Positions 1-8,340 of a DNA stretch of 36,391 nt are shown one piece after another; the first letter of the stretch is position 1, and each line of letters opens with the position of its first letter. Below the pieces are notes generated by a model, which ran no database searches, was not told the DNA's origin, and saw only the letters and a program-made list of their open reading frames with translations. The DNA comes from a virus (lineage: Duplodnaviria; Heunggongvirae; Uroviricota; Caudoviricetes), in IMG/VR virus record IMGVR_UViG_2534681704_000005, positions 1 to 36,391 of that record, one strand, 5' to 3'. The position numbers and the translations under genes were made by a program.

Positions 1-1254
1 ATGCTGGAACAAATGGGCATTGCCGCGAAGCAAGCCTCGTATAAATTAGCGCAACTCTCCAGCCGCGAAAAAAATCGCGTGCTGGAAAAAATCGCCGATG
101 AACTGGAAGCACAAAGCGAAATCATCCTCAACGCTAACGCCCAGGATGTTGCTGACGCGCGAGCCAATGGCCTTAGCGAAGCGATGCTTGACCGTCTGGC
201 ACTGACGCCCGCACGGCTGAAAGGCATTGCCGACGATGTACGTCAGGTGTGCAACCTCGCCGATCCGGTGGGGCAGGTAATCGATGGCGGCGTACTGGAC
301 AGCGGCCTGCGTCTTGAGCGTCGTCGCGTACCGCTGGGGGTTATTGGCGTGATTTATGAAGCGCGCCCGAACGTGACGGTTGATGTCGCTTCGCTGTGCC
401 TGAAAACCGGTAATGCGGTGATCCTGCGCGGTGGCAAAGAAACGTGTCGCACTAACGCTGCAACGGTGGCGGTGATTCAGGACGCCCTGAAATCCTGCGG
501 CTTACCGGCGGGTGCCGTGCAGGCGATTGATAATCCTGACCGTGCGCTGGTCAGTGAAATGCTGCGTATGGATAAATACATCGACATGCTGATCCCGCGT
601 GGTGGCGCTGGTTTGCATAAACTGTGCCGCGAACAGTCGACGATCCCGGTGATCACAGGTGGTATAGGCGTATGCCATATTTATGTTGATGAAAGTGTAG
701 AGATTGCTGAAGCATTAAAAGTGATCGTCAACGCGAAAACTCAGCGTCCGAGCACATGTAATACGGTAGAAACGTTGCTGGTGAATAAAAACATCGCCGA
801 TAGCTTCCTGCCCGCATTAAGCAAACAAATGGAGGAAAGCGGCGTGGCATTACACGCAGATGCAGCTGCGCTGGCGCAGTTGCAGACAGGCCCCGCGAAG
901 GTGGTGGCTGTTAAAGCGGAAGAGTATGACGATGAGTTTCTGTCATTAGATTTGAACGTCAAAATCGTCAGTGATCTTGACGATGCCATCGCCCATATTC
1001 GTGAACACGGCACACAACACTCCGATGCGATCCTGACCCGCGATATGCGCAACGCCCAGCGTTTTGTTAACGAAGTGGATTCGTCCGCTGTTTACGTTAA
1101 CGCCTCTACGCGTTTTACCGACGGCGGCCAGTTTGGACTGGGTGCGGAAGTGGCGGTAAGCACACAAAAACTCCACGCGCGTGGCCCAATGGGGCTGGAA
1201 GCACTGACCACTTACAAGTGGATCGGCATTGGTGATTACACCATTCGTGCGTAA
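1..1254 (+). CDS. proA: gamma-glutamyl phosphate reductase (host gene)
   Basis: 417-aa ORF starting [21 protein letters not shown], recognised as E. coli ProA; followed by thrW as in the E. coli proBA-thrW locus. Confidence 0.95.
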   Translation: MLEQMGIAAKQASYKLAQLSSREKNRVLEKIADELEAQSEIILNANAQDVADARANGLSEAMLDRLALTPARLKGIADDVRQVCNLADPVGQVIDGGVLDSGLRLERRRVPLGVIGVIYEARPNVTVDVASLCLKTGNAVILRGGKETCRTNAATVAVIQDALKSCGLPAGAVQAIDNPDRALVSEMLRMDKYIDMLIPRGGAGLHKLCREQSTIPVITGGIGVCHIYVDESVEIAEALKVIVNAKTQRPSTCNTVETLLVNKNIADSFLPALSKQMEESGVALHADAAALAQLQTGPAKVVAVKAEEYDDEFLSLDLNVKIVSDLDDAIAHIREHGTQHSDAILTRDMRNAQRFVNEVDSSAVYVNASTRFTDGGQFGLGAEVAVSTQKLHARGPMGLEALTTYKWIGIGDYTIRA

Positions 1255-1368
1255 ATAAAACCGGGTGATGCAAAAGTAGCCATTTGATTCACAAGGCCAT
1301 TGACGCATCGCCCGGTTAGTTTTAACCTTGTCCACCGTGATTCACGTTCGTGAACATGTCCTTTCAGG

Positions 1369-1444
1369 GCCGATATAGCTCAGTTGGTAGAGCAGCGCAT
1401 TCGTAATGCGAAGGTCGTAGGTTCGACTCCTATTATCGGCACCA
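1369..1444 (+). tRNA. thrW: tRNA-Thr (anticodon CGU)
   Basis: 76 nt GCCGATATAGCTCAGTTGGTAGAGCAGCGCATTCGTAATGCGAAGGTCGTAGGTTCGACTCCTATTATCGGCACCA with cloverleaf features and CCA end; integrase gene starts 14 bp downstream. Confidence 0.95.
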
Positions 1445-1458
1445 TTAAAATCAATAAG

Positions 1459-2622
1459 TTACACATCATTAGTACCTTCCTTATTTTTTGACTGGGACAA
1501 ATTTGGGACCGATGGGTTCAGGATCGAGTCTATTTGCCGTGCGTGTTCGGTAAGGTGATTAGGTGCAAGGTGAGCATATCGACGAACCATTTCGATAGAC
1601 TCCCAGCCTCCCATTTCCTGTAACACTGACAACGGGACTCCGGCTTGAACCAGCCAACTTGCCCAGGTGTGTCTCAAGTCGTGAAATCTGAAATCATCAA
1701 TACCAGCCCGTCTCAGCGCCGCTTTCCAGGCTGTGTTTGCGTCATACCGCATCTTCCTTACTGTTGGCGCTTTCGTTCCGTCTGGTTTGGTACAGCTTTC
1801 CTTGTACACAAATACCCAACGGTGATGATTCCCGATTTGTTTTTTCAATACGCGACATGCAGTATCATTCAGCGCAACGCCAATTGCGCGGTTTGATTTA
1901 CTCTCTTCCGGGTTTATCCATGCCACCCGGCGCTGCATATCTATTTGTTGCCATTCAAGGTTGATGATGTTCGAGCGTCTTAAGCCTGTTGCCAGTGCAA
2001 ATTCAACAACAGACTTTAATGGCTCCGGACATTCATCAATCAGCCTTTGTGCTTCATGGGGCTCCAGCCAGCGGATCCGTTTATTCTTTGGTTGAGGCAC
2101 TTTAATAATTGGTGCCTTATCCAGCATTTTCCATTCACGCTCTGCGGCTCTTAGTAGGGCCTTTATAAATGAAAGATGCGTAGCCTTCGTTGCAACGGAC
2201 GCTGGTTTTGGCGTGTATTCTGGAACAGGTTTCCCTTTTTTTCTGCATGCTTCTGCCCTGAGTTTCCAGTTTTCCTCATGACGCCGGTTTGTCATTTTCT
2301 GCATTGCTGAATAAATTTTTGATTCAGTAATGTCTCTTAGTTGCATTCCTGCGAAATGTTGAAGCCAGAATCCGATCCGGCTTTTGTCATCGTCCAGTGA
2401 TTTTTTATGTGCTTTCTCTTCAAGCCACCTGACACACGCTTCCTCGAACGTTATATCAGGTATTTCACCAAGTTTGCTGACCCGCCATGCTTCAGCCTTT
2501 AGCTTGTCATGGAGTTCTGTCGCCTGCCTTTTGTCCTTTGTTCCAAGAGACTGTTTAAATCTTTTACCGTTCGGCAATGTGAAACTGGCGTACCATATTT
2601 CACCTCTGCGGAAGAGTGACAT
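1459..2622 (-). CDS. int: Tyrosine site-specific integrase (P22/SfV-like)
   Basis: 387-aa ORF starting [23 protein letters not shown]-terminal HDLRHTW...RYAH tyrosine-recombinase motifs; directly adjacent to thrW. Confidence 0.92.
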   Translation of the reverse strand: MSLFRRGEIWYASFTLPNGKRFKQSLGTKDKRQATELHDKLKAEAWRVSKLGEIPDITFEEACVRWLEEKAHKKSLDDDKSRIGFWLQHFAGMQLRDITESKIYSAMQKMTNRRHEENWKLRAEACRKKGKPVPEYTPKPASVATKATHLSFIKALLRAAEREWKMLDKAPIIKVPQPKNKRIRWLEPHEAQRLIDECPEPLKSVVEFALATGLRRSNIINLEWQQIDMQRRVAWINPEESKSNRAIGVALNDTACRVLKKQIGNHHRWVFVYKESCTKPDGTKAPTVRKMRYDANTAWKAALRRAGIDDFRFHDLRHTWASWLVQAGVPLSVLQEMGGWESIEMVRRYAHLAPNHLTEHARQIDSILNPSVPNLSQSKNKEGTNDV

Positions 2623-2849
2623 TTTCTTTCCTCTGTTATGCCATCACCCGCGCTCACCTGGACAGTATGCAGCGGAGACTGAAGAGCCGCAATGCAGGCT
2701 TGTCGTGTTGTGAGGTAAGGAGATTTATTCTTAGTGGGATCTTTGCGTGTTGCCTGAAGACGCCCTGTGCGTATCCAGTTAATGGCAGTCGGTCTGGATA
2801 TCTTGAGAAAATGACAGGCCTCATCGAGTGTGAGGCTGTATGGCTCCAT
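2499..2849 (-). CDS. xis: Excisionase (Xis, P22-like), 116 aa
   Basis: Internal Met of the 144-aa ORF ([31 protein letters not shown]) with SD AGAGGTG 5 nt upstream; winged-helix excisionase-like; ATG overlaps stop of upstream gene (TAATG). 3' end overlaps int by about 124 bp. Confidence 0.75.
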   Translation of the reverse strand: MEPYSLTLDEACHFLKISRPTAINWIRTGRLQATRKDPTKNKSPYLTTRQACIAALQSPLHTVQVSAGDGITEERKCHSSAEVKYGTPVSHCRTVKDLNSLLEQRTKGRRQNSMTS

Positions 2850-3154
2850 TATTTCACCTCTTGCTGTGACATTGTTGAAAAATGGATACCAGCTCGTTGC
2901 TGCCAGACGATCCAACCGAGAGTCATATCCCATGCCATGTATTCGTTATTGCCGTTTTTTGCTCTCCGACGATCTACTAAGTCACCGAAACGCTTTTCCA
3001 TGAATAATTCATAAGCTTCGCGTTCATCTGGTTCTACTTCCAGAGATAGGAGTGCGATTTCATAAGCACGGCGCTCAATATCGTCTCGCACGTCAAGGCT
3101 GCTGATACGCTCTTTAATTTCTTTAATCAGTTCTTTGTCGGTAAAAGTGGTCAT
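2849..3154 (-). CDS. Hypothetical early protein, 101 aa (YfdT-like by size and position)
   Basis: ORF with TAATG coupling at both ends; acidic small protein; no recognisable domain. Confidence 0.6.
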   Translation of the reverse strand: MTTFTDKELIKEIKERISSLDVRDDIERRAYEIALLSLEVEPDEREAYELFMEKRFGDLVDRRRAKNGNNEYMAWDMTLGWIVWQQRAGIHFSTMSQQEVK

Positions 3155-3516
3155 TATGCTCCAGCCTCCGGTGCTTTTGGCATTACTGCCCAGTGAGTGA
3201 TATTGACGTTTTCAAGGTCCCCGACCTGAAATGTCCACTGCCATTCTCCGGTTTCTTTTTGTCCCCAGGTGTACCAGAGAGAACGCCAGCCAATTAGCCA
3301 GCCTTCTCCGTTAGCATCGAATAACAAAACACTTTCATTTGCTGGTGGCAGTTCAGTGGACACTGGTATTACTTTGTTTTCCTGTGCTGCACATTTAGCT
3401 TCAAGCGCATCGAATTTACGCACCAGGTATTCAGCATCTGTTTCATTTACTTTCAGATCTCGCGGTACACATCTCCCACGAAGAAACCCTTCCATTTCGA
3501 AAACATTCATGCGCAT
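3154..3516 (-). CDS. DUF551-like phage protein, 120 aa (YfdS-like)
   Basis: C-terminal NITHWAVMPKAPE resembles the DUF551 ITHWMPLP motif; start overlaps stop of upstream gene. Confidence 0.7.
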   Translation of the reverse strand: MRMNVFEMEGFLRGRCVPRDLKVNETDAEYLVRKFDALEAKCAAQENKVIPVSTELPPANESVLLFDANGEGWLIGWRSLWYTWGQKETGEWQWTFQVGDLENVNITHWAVMPKAPEAGA

Positions 3517-4043
3517 TTGCGTAACTCCGATAACTCGTTAAAGCGTTCCATAAACATCCCGTAGGCATGGCCCGGTGCCAGTGGAATCACGTTGAACATC
3601 TCTGTTGCCGGGATACCTTCCAGTACAGGCCAGAAAGAGCCATCATCAAGCCCGAGATCGCGGCGTTCGGTTGCCAGCATGATGAGATCGGCATATTTCA
3701 CGGGCGTACTCATAACTGGGGGTAACCCGTATTTCTCACGGATTACGGCGTCTATTTTTTCTTCCATTTGTTTATAGTCAGGAAGAAGGCGTTTCAGTGG
3801 TGCGGGAATGTCCTGGCAATACGCTTCTGTTGCATCATGCATTAACGCTTCAAAAGCAAATTCCTGCGGCACCAGCTGGCTGCAAAGAACCGCATGTTGG
3901 GCGACGCTGTAGAAGTGCGAAAGATGACCGGCAAAGCGACAGATATTTGAAAGGGAAACCGCGATATCGTTAATATCGATGTCGTCTTTATTTATCCTGT
4001 CATAATAAAAATGCTTCCCGGAAAAAGTTTTAATAAATGACAT
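3507..4043 (-). CDS. HD-domain phosphohydrolase, 5'-deoxynucleotidase-like, 178 aa (YfdR-like)
   Basis: H...HD motif (ALMHDATEAY); start taken at MSFIKTF (ATG 4043) with SD GGAGA 5 nt upstream rather than the GTG at 4070. Confidence 0.8.
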   Translation of the reverse strand: MSFIKTFSGKHFYYDRINKDDIDINDIAVSLSNICRFAGHLSHFYSVAQHAVLCSQLVPQEFAFEALMHDATEAYCQDIPAPLKRLLPDYKQMEEKIDAVIREKYGLPPVMSTPVKYADLIMLATERRDLGLDDGSFWPVLEGIPATEMFNVIPLAPGHAYGMFMERFNELSELRKCA

Positions 4044-4136
4044 TTTGTTCTCCACGTATATGCGCTGCACCGCGCTGAATTCTGGTAAAAAGAATCCCTC
4101 ACCATCCGGCGATTATTGAGTAAATTACGTTTCCAT

Positions 4137-4158
4137 AAATGCCCCCGCAGGGGCATTT
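4137..4158. terminator. Perfect 9-bp hairpin AAATGCCCC-CGCA-GGGGCATTT between two early-left genes (candidate intra-operon attenuator)
   Basis: Perfect inverted repeat with 4-nt loop, 13 nt after the stop of the 274-aa gene; only a short U-tract, so partial termination at most. Confidence 0.45.
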
Positions 4159-4170
4159 GCAGTAATGAAA

Positions 4171-4995
4171 TCAGGCGGTGAAAGTACCAATAAAGGTTTC
4201 TACTTTGCTGTCCTTGAATTTCTCAACAAGCAGATCACGAAATTCGTTAGCCATTTCTTCCTGCACCGCCTCCAGCTGAATAATGCGCAGAACCAGTACA
4301 GGACGATCGCCAGTGATAATACTGAGGCGTAATTTAAACGGACGTTCTTTCAGACCTTCAAACGGAACGCATTTAAATTCAAATGCCACTGGCATAATGT
4401 CTTTGGTCTTCGCTTCGACAGACTCCATCAGGGAGCGTTTGCCGCTGAAGTCATTATCTTCAAAATCAGCGGTCTGGTTTGCTTCAATCGTGATTTTACG
4501 GACAGCCGCAGCCGCTTTTGTTGCCTGAATAGCGTCACCATTAGCATCAAAGCCCACAAGATAGTCTGCCCAGTCTTCAATCCATTCTGCTAGTGACTTC
4601 TGGGAGTTACGCTCGCCGTTAATAGACAACAGAGCAGAGAACGGTGCTGTCTTTTTCAGTTTGAGTGTGGCGGTGTTATCTGCGTGACCTGGTTCATCAA
4701 TAGTACCTAGGTTAAGCACACTGACGGCACGCATATTATCAGCATCGATAAAGCAGCGGGTGCCTTCATCTGCAAGATCTTTAGAATAACGGGTAAAGTC
4801 ATCGATGCTGGCAGTGGAAAGCGCACCACGGAAACGGAAGCGATTTAAATTAAATTTTTCCAGATCATGAATGCGGAAATTCTCAGGCAATGCCACAGCA
4901 TCGGCACCAATCTTACTGATAATTTCATTAACACTCTGAGCAGAAATTAGGGCATGGATTTGATTAATTGCGGTTGCGTCTAAGTTCTGAGACAT
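4171..4995 (-). CDS. DUF2303-like phage protein, 274 aa (YfdQ-like)
   Basis: ORF with SD GAGGA 6 nt upstream of ATG; size and context match CPS-53 YfdQ; function unknown. Confidence 0.75.
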   Translation of the reverse strand: MSQNLDATAINQIHALISAQSVNEIISKIGADAVALPENFRIHDLEKFNLNRFRFRGALSTASIDDFTRYSKDLADEGTRCFIDADNMRAVSVLNLGTIDEPGHADNTATLKLKKTAPFSALLSINGERNSQKSLAEWIEDWADYLVGFDANGDAIQATKAAAAVRKITIEANQTADFEDNDFSGKRSLMESVEAKTKDIMPVAFEFKCVPFEGLKERPFKLRLSIITGDRPVLVLRIIQLEAVQEEMANEFRDLLVEKFKDSKVETFIGTFTA

Positions 4996-5060
4996 AATAA
5001 GTCCTCACTATATAAAGATATTCAGTGATGAGATAAATAATCAGTTAATTAAAAACGATA

Positions 5061-5423
5061 TTAACGACCTGCTGCGCGGAGTCTTCCGTCAGGTTCACCG
5101 GCAAGAGTCAGCAACTGTCCCTGGTCTTCCTGCAGAATAGTCAGGCGACCACCGCGATTGACATACATCGGCGTTTCGGTGGTGTCTTCTTCGGAAATTT
5201 TCCCGCGGTTAGTCGGGCGAACATATGAGAGTTTGTGTTTGATTTTCACTCGGTTCTCATCAAACGGTTCGATTTCTAGGTTGAGCGAGACCTTACCTTT
5301 GGTTTTCGTGTTCATCACACCGGAAGCGACTTCACTGAGAACTGCGCCGATTTTGGTTTCAAATACGCCGCCGTCCAGCTCCCCGATAAATGCCTGCACA
5401 TCAGTACTGCGTTCGCTAGCCAT
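5061..5423 (-). CDS. Hypothetical early protein, 120 aa (YfdP-like)
   Basis: Start taken at MASERSTDVQAF with SD GAGGAG 7 nt upstream; the 226-aa ORF in the track extends upstream through a low-complexity, likely non-coding stretch. Confidence 0.7.
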   Translation of the reverse strand: MASERSTDVQAFIGELDGGVFETKIGAVLSEVASGVMNTKTKGKVSLNLEIEPFDENRVKIKHKLSYVRPTNRGKISEEDTTETPMYVNRGGRLTILQEDQGQLLTLAGEPDGRLRAAGR

Positions 5424-5471
5424 TTTGCTGCTCCTCATCATATCGACCCTGCAAGGTCGGTTAGTTTCTCC

Positions 5472-5560
5472 ACAAAACAGAGAAGAACACCTGCGGTGAC
5501 TGCCGCCCGGATGGATTGGGTTATGAGCCCGTCGTCCGGTGATGCTCTTCTCTGTTTTGT
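5472..5560. repeat. 18-bp imperfect inverted repeat (ACAAAACAGAGAAGAACA / TGCTCTTCTCTGTTTTGT) flanking a 53-bp GC-rich spacer
   Basis: Arms at 5472-5489 and 5543-5560 match 17/18; lies in a roughly 420-bp ORF-poor GC-rich region upstream of the YfdP-like gene. Confidence 0.5.
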
Positions 5561-5861
5561 AAAAAGGACGGTACCAGCCGGAAGCAAGGGTACAAACTGG
5601 TACCGCCAGGACTACACACAGCATAAAGTTGTGGTGCCGGGTGCCTCCCGGTGCCTGGCGAAGGTTGCACACCAGACGGGTGGGTATCCACAGAAGGTCG
5701 ACTGTCAGCCTCAACCTTAACCCGCGTGCGCTGAGCCGCATTCACCACAACGCTAAGGATTCTCTCTGGTTGAAAATACTTAGCTGTTATGTGCCTGTCT
5801 TTTCACCACTTCAGGCTCGGTGGTATCTTGGTGTTTTCATATAGCCAAGAAGGAAATAGTT

Positions 5862-6053
5862 ATGACCAAAGAAGAAAAAATTCTTTATTTATTCCAACTA
5901 TCGGTTAAGACTCACACTGCATATCAGACTGCTGCCATGACATCAGATAAAAATTACAGTACGTCAGAAAACCCGATAGACGACATAAGCAAGCTTTACG
6001 ATAAGTTCGAAGCACTACTCGATAAAAAGTTTGCTGAGGCTGGGCTTGAGTGA
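5862..6053 (+). CDS. Small hypothetical protein, 63 aa (MTKEEKILYLFQLSVK...)
   Basis: ATG 5862 with SD AAGGAAA 5-6 nt upstream; AT-rich; 3' end overlaps the convergent 58-aa ORF by 39 bp. Confidence 0.4.
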   Translation: MTKEEKILYLFQLSVKTHTAYQTAAMTSDKNYSTSENPIDDISKLYDKFEALLDKKFAEAGLE

Positions 6054-6191
6054 TTGTTGAATAATCGACAAAACCCAACTTAAATTTTCGTCAGTGGGCT
6101 CGATGCCATGTGCGGTGAGCTCACTTTTCAAAACTCCAAGCAATTCAGAGCTGATTTTCAATATATCTGCTTGATTTCTAACTATTCCCAC
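6015..6191 (-). CDS. Small hypothetical protein, 58 aa (GTG start)
   Basis: GTG at 6191 preceded by AAGGGAGG with 5-nt spacer, much better than the ATG at 6221; no recognisable domain. Confidence 0.4.
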   Translation of the reverse strand: MGIVRNQADILKISSELLGVLKSELTAHGIEPTDENLSWVLSIIQQSLKPSLSKLFIE

Positions 6192-6280
6192 TTTTTCCTC
6201 CCTTGGTCTACGCGCGGTCATGTTTTACGCCCAAACGACTTCACAGTTATTGTTTAAAATCTGGACTTTCATTTTGTTCT

Positions 6281-6484
6281 TTAACCTCCAGATTTCCGCG
6301 CATCTAAAGGCGCATTCTCATTTGGTGTGAACTGAATAGTTGTGCTGATATTGATTAATGCCCCGACACACAAGACTACGCACTCAGAGCAGATAGCAAC
6401 TTCATCTTTTCCGCCTTTGGCGATGATTTTTTTTGCCTGCAGCTCGTTTGCGCCACAAAACGAGCATGTGAAATAACGGTTCAT
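6281..6484 (-). CDS. Stand-alone ClpX-type C4 zinc-finger (ZBD-like) protein, 67 aa
   Basis: MNRYFTCSFCGANELQAKKIIAKGGKDEVAICSECVVLC matches the CSFCG...ICxECVxLC pattern of the ClpX N-terminal zinc-binding domain; first ORF downstream of the predicted pL. Confidence 0.6.
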   Translation of the reverse strand: MNRYFTCSFCGANELQAKKIIAKGGKDEVAICSECVVLCVGALINISTTIQFTPNENAPLDARKSGG

Positions 6485-6578
6485 TTGCGCTCTCTTACAC
6501 ATAGTATTTAACGAATCATCCGGTCATTCATACGCCACCGGCGGCTACTTCGTGGGCGTCCTGCCTGTTCGTTGTTTT

Positions 6579-6594
6579 AACACCTTTAAGTTGT
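6579..6594. promoter_or_regulatory. OL operator-like 16-mer AACACCTTTAAGTTGT (15/16 identical to the OR copy)
   Basis: Near-identical 16-mers on both sides of cI; region rich in ACAAC/GTTGT half-site repeats. Confidence 0.4.
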
Positions 6595-6623
6595 AATTTA
6601 GTTGTGGTTTTGAATGTTGTCAA
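6595..6623 (-). promoter_or_regulatory. Candidate pL (leftward early promoter): -35 TTGACA, 17-bp spacer, -10 TAAATT
   Basis: Perfect -35 hexamer on the minus strand (plus 6618-6623), -10 at plus 6595-6600; conserved operator 16-mer lies at the predicted start site. Confidence 0.4.
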
Positions 6624-6686
6624 CAACTTTATGTGGTTTGAACGAGTAGCCAAGGAGTGCAAGGATTATCAAAAAAAGGAGGTTGT

Positions 6687-7577
6687 ATGGAAGACGCGCT
6701 TTACGCTTTTAATTACACACAGAACCGGGACAAGTTATTTGCTAACTTGATTAGCATCATTGATGGAATCATTGCAGATGGAGTTGTCCGTGAAGAGGAG
6801 GTTCTTTACTTAGATACATGGTTACTTGAAGCAAAGCAGATTATCAATAATGGAGTTATAAAAAGTCTATCAGCACGGGTGTCGGATATTCTTGCGGATG
6901 GAATAATCACATCAGAAGAACGTGATGACCTTAAAAATAGCCTTCTCCAAATACAGAGGGAAATTCTTGATATCCCTGAAATTGATTTTTACTCCAAGGA
7001 TGTAGATGTCCATTTACTTAATGGACTATGTAAAGGATTAATTGCTGATCGGAACTTAACTCAAGAAGAAATAAGATATCTTAATTGGTGGCTTGAGCAA
7101 AATGGAGCTTTGAAGAACAACTACCCAGGAAAAAAACTTTATGCACTTGTAAAGGAAATTCTTAAAGATGGTGTTATTACTGAAGATGAGAGTTTAACTC
7201 TACATAAGGCATTAGTAGACTTCACAGGATGTGACTTGGAAAGTGGGGTGGTGGATGGTTTGGCGACTAGGCTGCCTATTGATGTAGGGGCTTCGATAGA
7301 GTTAGAGGGTAAAACCTATTGTCTTACAGGCACTTTTGTTGCAGGAAAGAGAGCCGTAGTTGAAAATTTGATTAAAAATGCTGGTGGGAACATCAGTAGT
7401 GGAATTACTCAAAAGTTGGATTTTTTAGTAATTGGGACGCTTTCCTCCCGTGATTGGAAATTCTCAAGTCACGGAAGGAAGATCGAAAAGGCTATATCTT
7501 ATAGGGATGATAATGGTGCAAAACTTAAAATTATTTCTGAAGAAATGCTTTTCGATGCATTACCAAGTTCGCGATGA
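6687..7577 (+). CDS. Accessory protein with four TerB-like repeats and a C-terminal BRCT-like domain, 296 aa
   Basis: Strong SD AAGGAGG (6677-6683) before ATG 6687; repeats IADGVVREEE, LADGIITSEER, IADRNLTQEE, LKDGVITEDE; C-terminus GKTYCLTGTF...FLVIG...LKIISEEMLFDAL resembles BRCT; AT-rich; 3' end overlaps the cI stop by 18 bp (convergent). Confidence 0.8.
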   Translation: MEDALYAFNYTQNRDKLFANLISIIDGIIADGVVREEEVLYLDTWLLEAKQIINNGVIKSLSARVSDILADGIITSEERDDLKNSLLQIQREILDIPEIDFYSKDVDVHLLNGLCKGLIADRNLTQEEIRYLNWWLEQNGALKNNYPGKKLYALVKEILKDGVITEDESLTLHKALVDFTGCDLESGVVDGLATRLPIDVGASIELEGKTYCLTGTFVAGKRAVVENLIKNAGGNISSGITQKLDFLVIGTLSSRDWKFSSHGRKIEKAISYRDDNGAKLKIISEEMLFDALPSSR

Positions 7578-8246
7578 CCAGAATACCCTACCTATAACAT
7601 GAATTCTGGCTCGTCTATCTTCAAAGGTGAGTATTTCATCTGGGTACTCATCTTTGTTGAAGCTTCTAAGAATCAAGCCACCGTCAGGTAAGTTGATAAG
7701 TATTTTAACCCTTAGCAATACACCATCTCGTACGGCATAAAGATCGCCATCACGAATAGGAACGGTTTGAGAAATATCAACGGCAACAAGATCTCCATTA
7801 TTGAGAACCGGTAATAAACTGTTCCCCCATATTTTTACGATCTTGGCATTAGATGCACATACGCCAGATTTTCTCAAATCTGCTCTTCTTAATGGAAACC
7901 AGTCAATAGCTGATTCAACTATTTCAGCCAGACATCCGTTACCTGCCGATAACTCGACATCTAAAACAGGAATGTTTACGAAAATATCGGGGTCTAATGC
8001 GGTGCTTTCTGCTTCTTTTACAACAAGATCAGGTATGGATGCGTTGTCTTCAATACCAAGTTGTAACCACTTTTGTGATACACCTAAAACTTTTGCAATT
8101 TCTTTAATTTTGCGCGGTTGTAGAGTTTCGCCATTCTCTATTTTGGCTACAGATTGTTGTGAAAGTCCAATTTTTTCAGCTAGTTGAGCTTGGCTCATGC
8201 CAGCTTTCTCTCTACCTATCTTTAATCGTTCTGCCAGTGTTTTCAC
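7560..8246 (-). CDS. cI: CI-type prophage repressor (XRE HTH + S24 LexA-like autopeptidase)
   Basis: N-terminal HTH (MSQAQLAEKIGLSQQSVAKIENGE), Ala-Gly cleavage site (LSAGNG), Ser (WGNSLLP) and Lys (LLRVK) spaced as in LexA/CI; GTG start with SD GAGGGA; divergent from cro. Confidence 0.9.
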   Translation of the reverse strand: MKTLAERLKIGREKAGMSQAQLAEKIGLSQQSVAKIENGETLQPRKIKEIAKVLGVSQKWLQLGIEDNASIPDLVVKEAESTALDPDIFVNIPVLDVELSAGNGCLAEIVESAIDWFPLRRADLRKSGVCASNAKIVKIWGNSLLPVLNNGDLVAVDISQTVPIRDGDLYAVRDGVLLRVKILINLPDGGLILRSFNKDEYPDEILTFEDRRARIHVIGRVFWSSRTW

Positions 8247-8298
8247 AACATATCCCTCTCTTTTTTGATGAGGTTACAACTTTATGTTTTAGCTTTCC

Positions 8299-8314
8299 AA
8301 CACCTAAAAGTTGT
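8299..8314. promoter_or_regulatory. OR operator-like 16-mer AACACCTAAAAGTTGT
   Basis: 15/16 identical to the OL copy; lies between the divergent cI and cro starts with further ACAAC/GTTGT repeats. Confidence 0.4.
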
Positions 8315-8340
8315 GATAAAAGTTGTTAATGTTGTATTCT
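8311..8340 (+). promoter_or_regulatory. Candidate pR: -35 TTGTGA, 18-bp spacer, -10 TATTCT
   Basis: Best sigma70-like match upstream of cro, overlapping operator repeats; hexamers are each 4/6 to consensus. Confidence 0.3.

Noticed and set aside
741-1335. Minus-strand ORFs 741..1052 and 946..1335 overlapping proA
   Set aside because: Antisense within the host proA gene; 946..1335 would also run through the proA terminator region.
5496-5844. Three overlapping ORFs (5496..5720 +, 5521..5748 -, 5629..5844 +) in the GC-rich leader, one Arg-rich and superficially N-like
   Set aside because: Mutually overlapping, low-complexity Pro/Arg/Gly-rich translations typical of GC-rich non-coding DNA; no SD sequences; the Arg-rich one is on the wrong strand for an early-left antiterminator.
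5440-6053. Retron (msr/msd ncRNA with flanking inverted repeats) hypothesis for the structured GC-rich region
   Set aside because: No reverse-transcriptase gene follows; downstream ORFs are 58-67 aa and unrelated to RTs.
6281-6623. Lambda N-like or P22 gene-24-like antiterminator immediately downstream of pL
   Set aside because: No Arg-rich motif ORF found on the minus strand; the first ORF is instead ClpX-zinc-finger-like, so N-type antitermination is not supported by what I can read.
6657-6686. GTG start at 6657 for the TerB/BRCT gene (as in the ORF track)
   Set aside because: ATG at 6687 has a near-consensus SD at ideal spacing; the GTG would place the SD inside the coding sequence.
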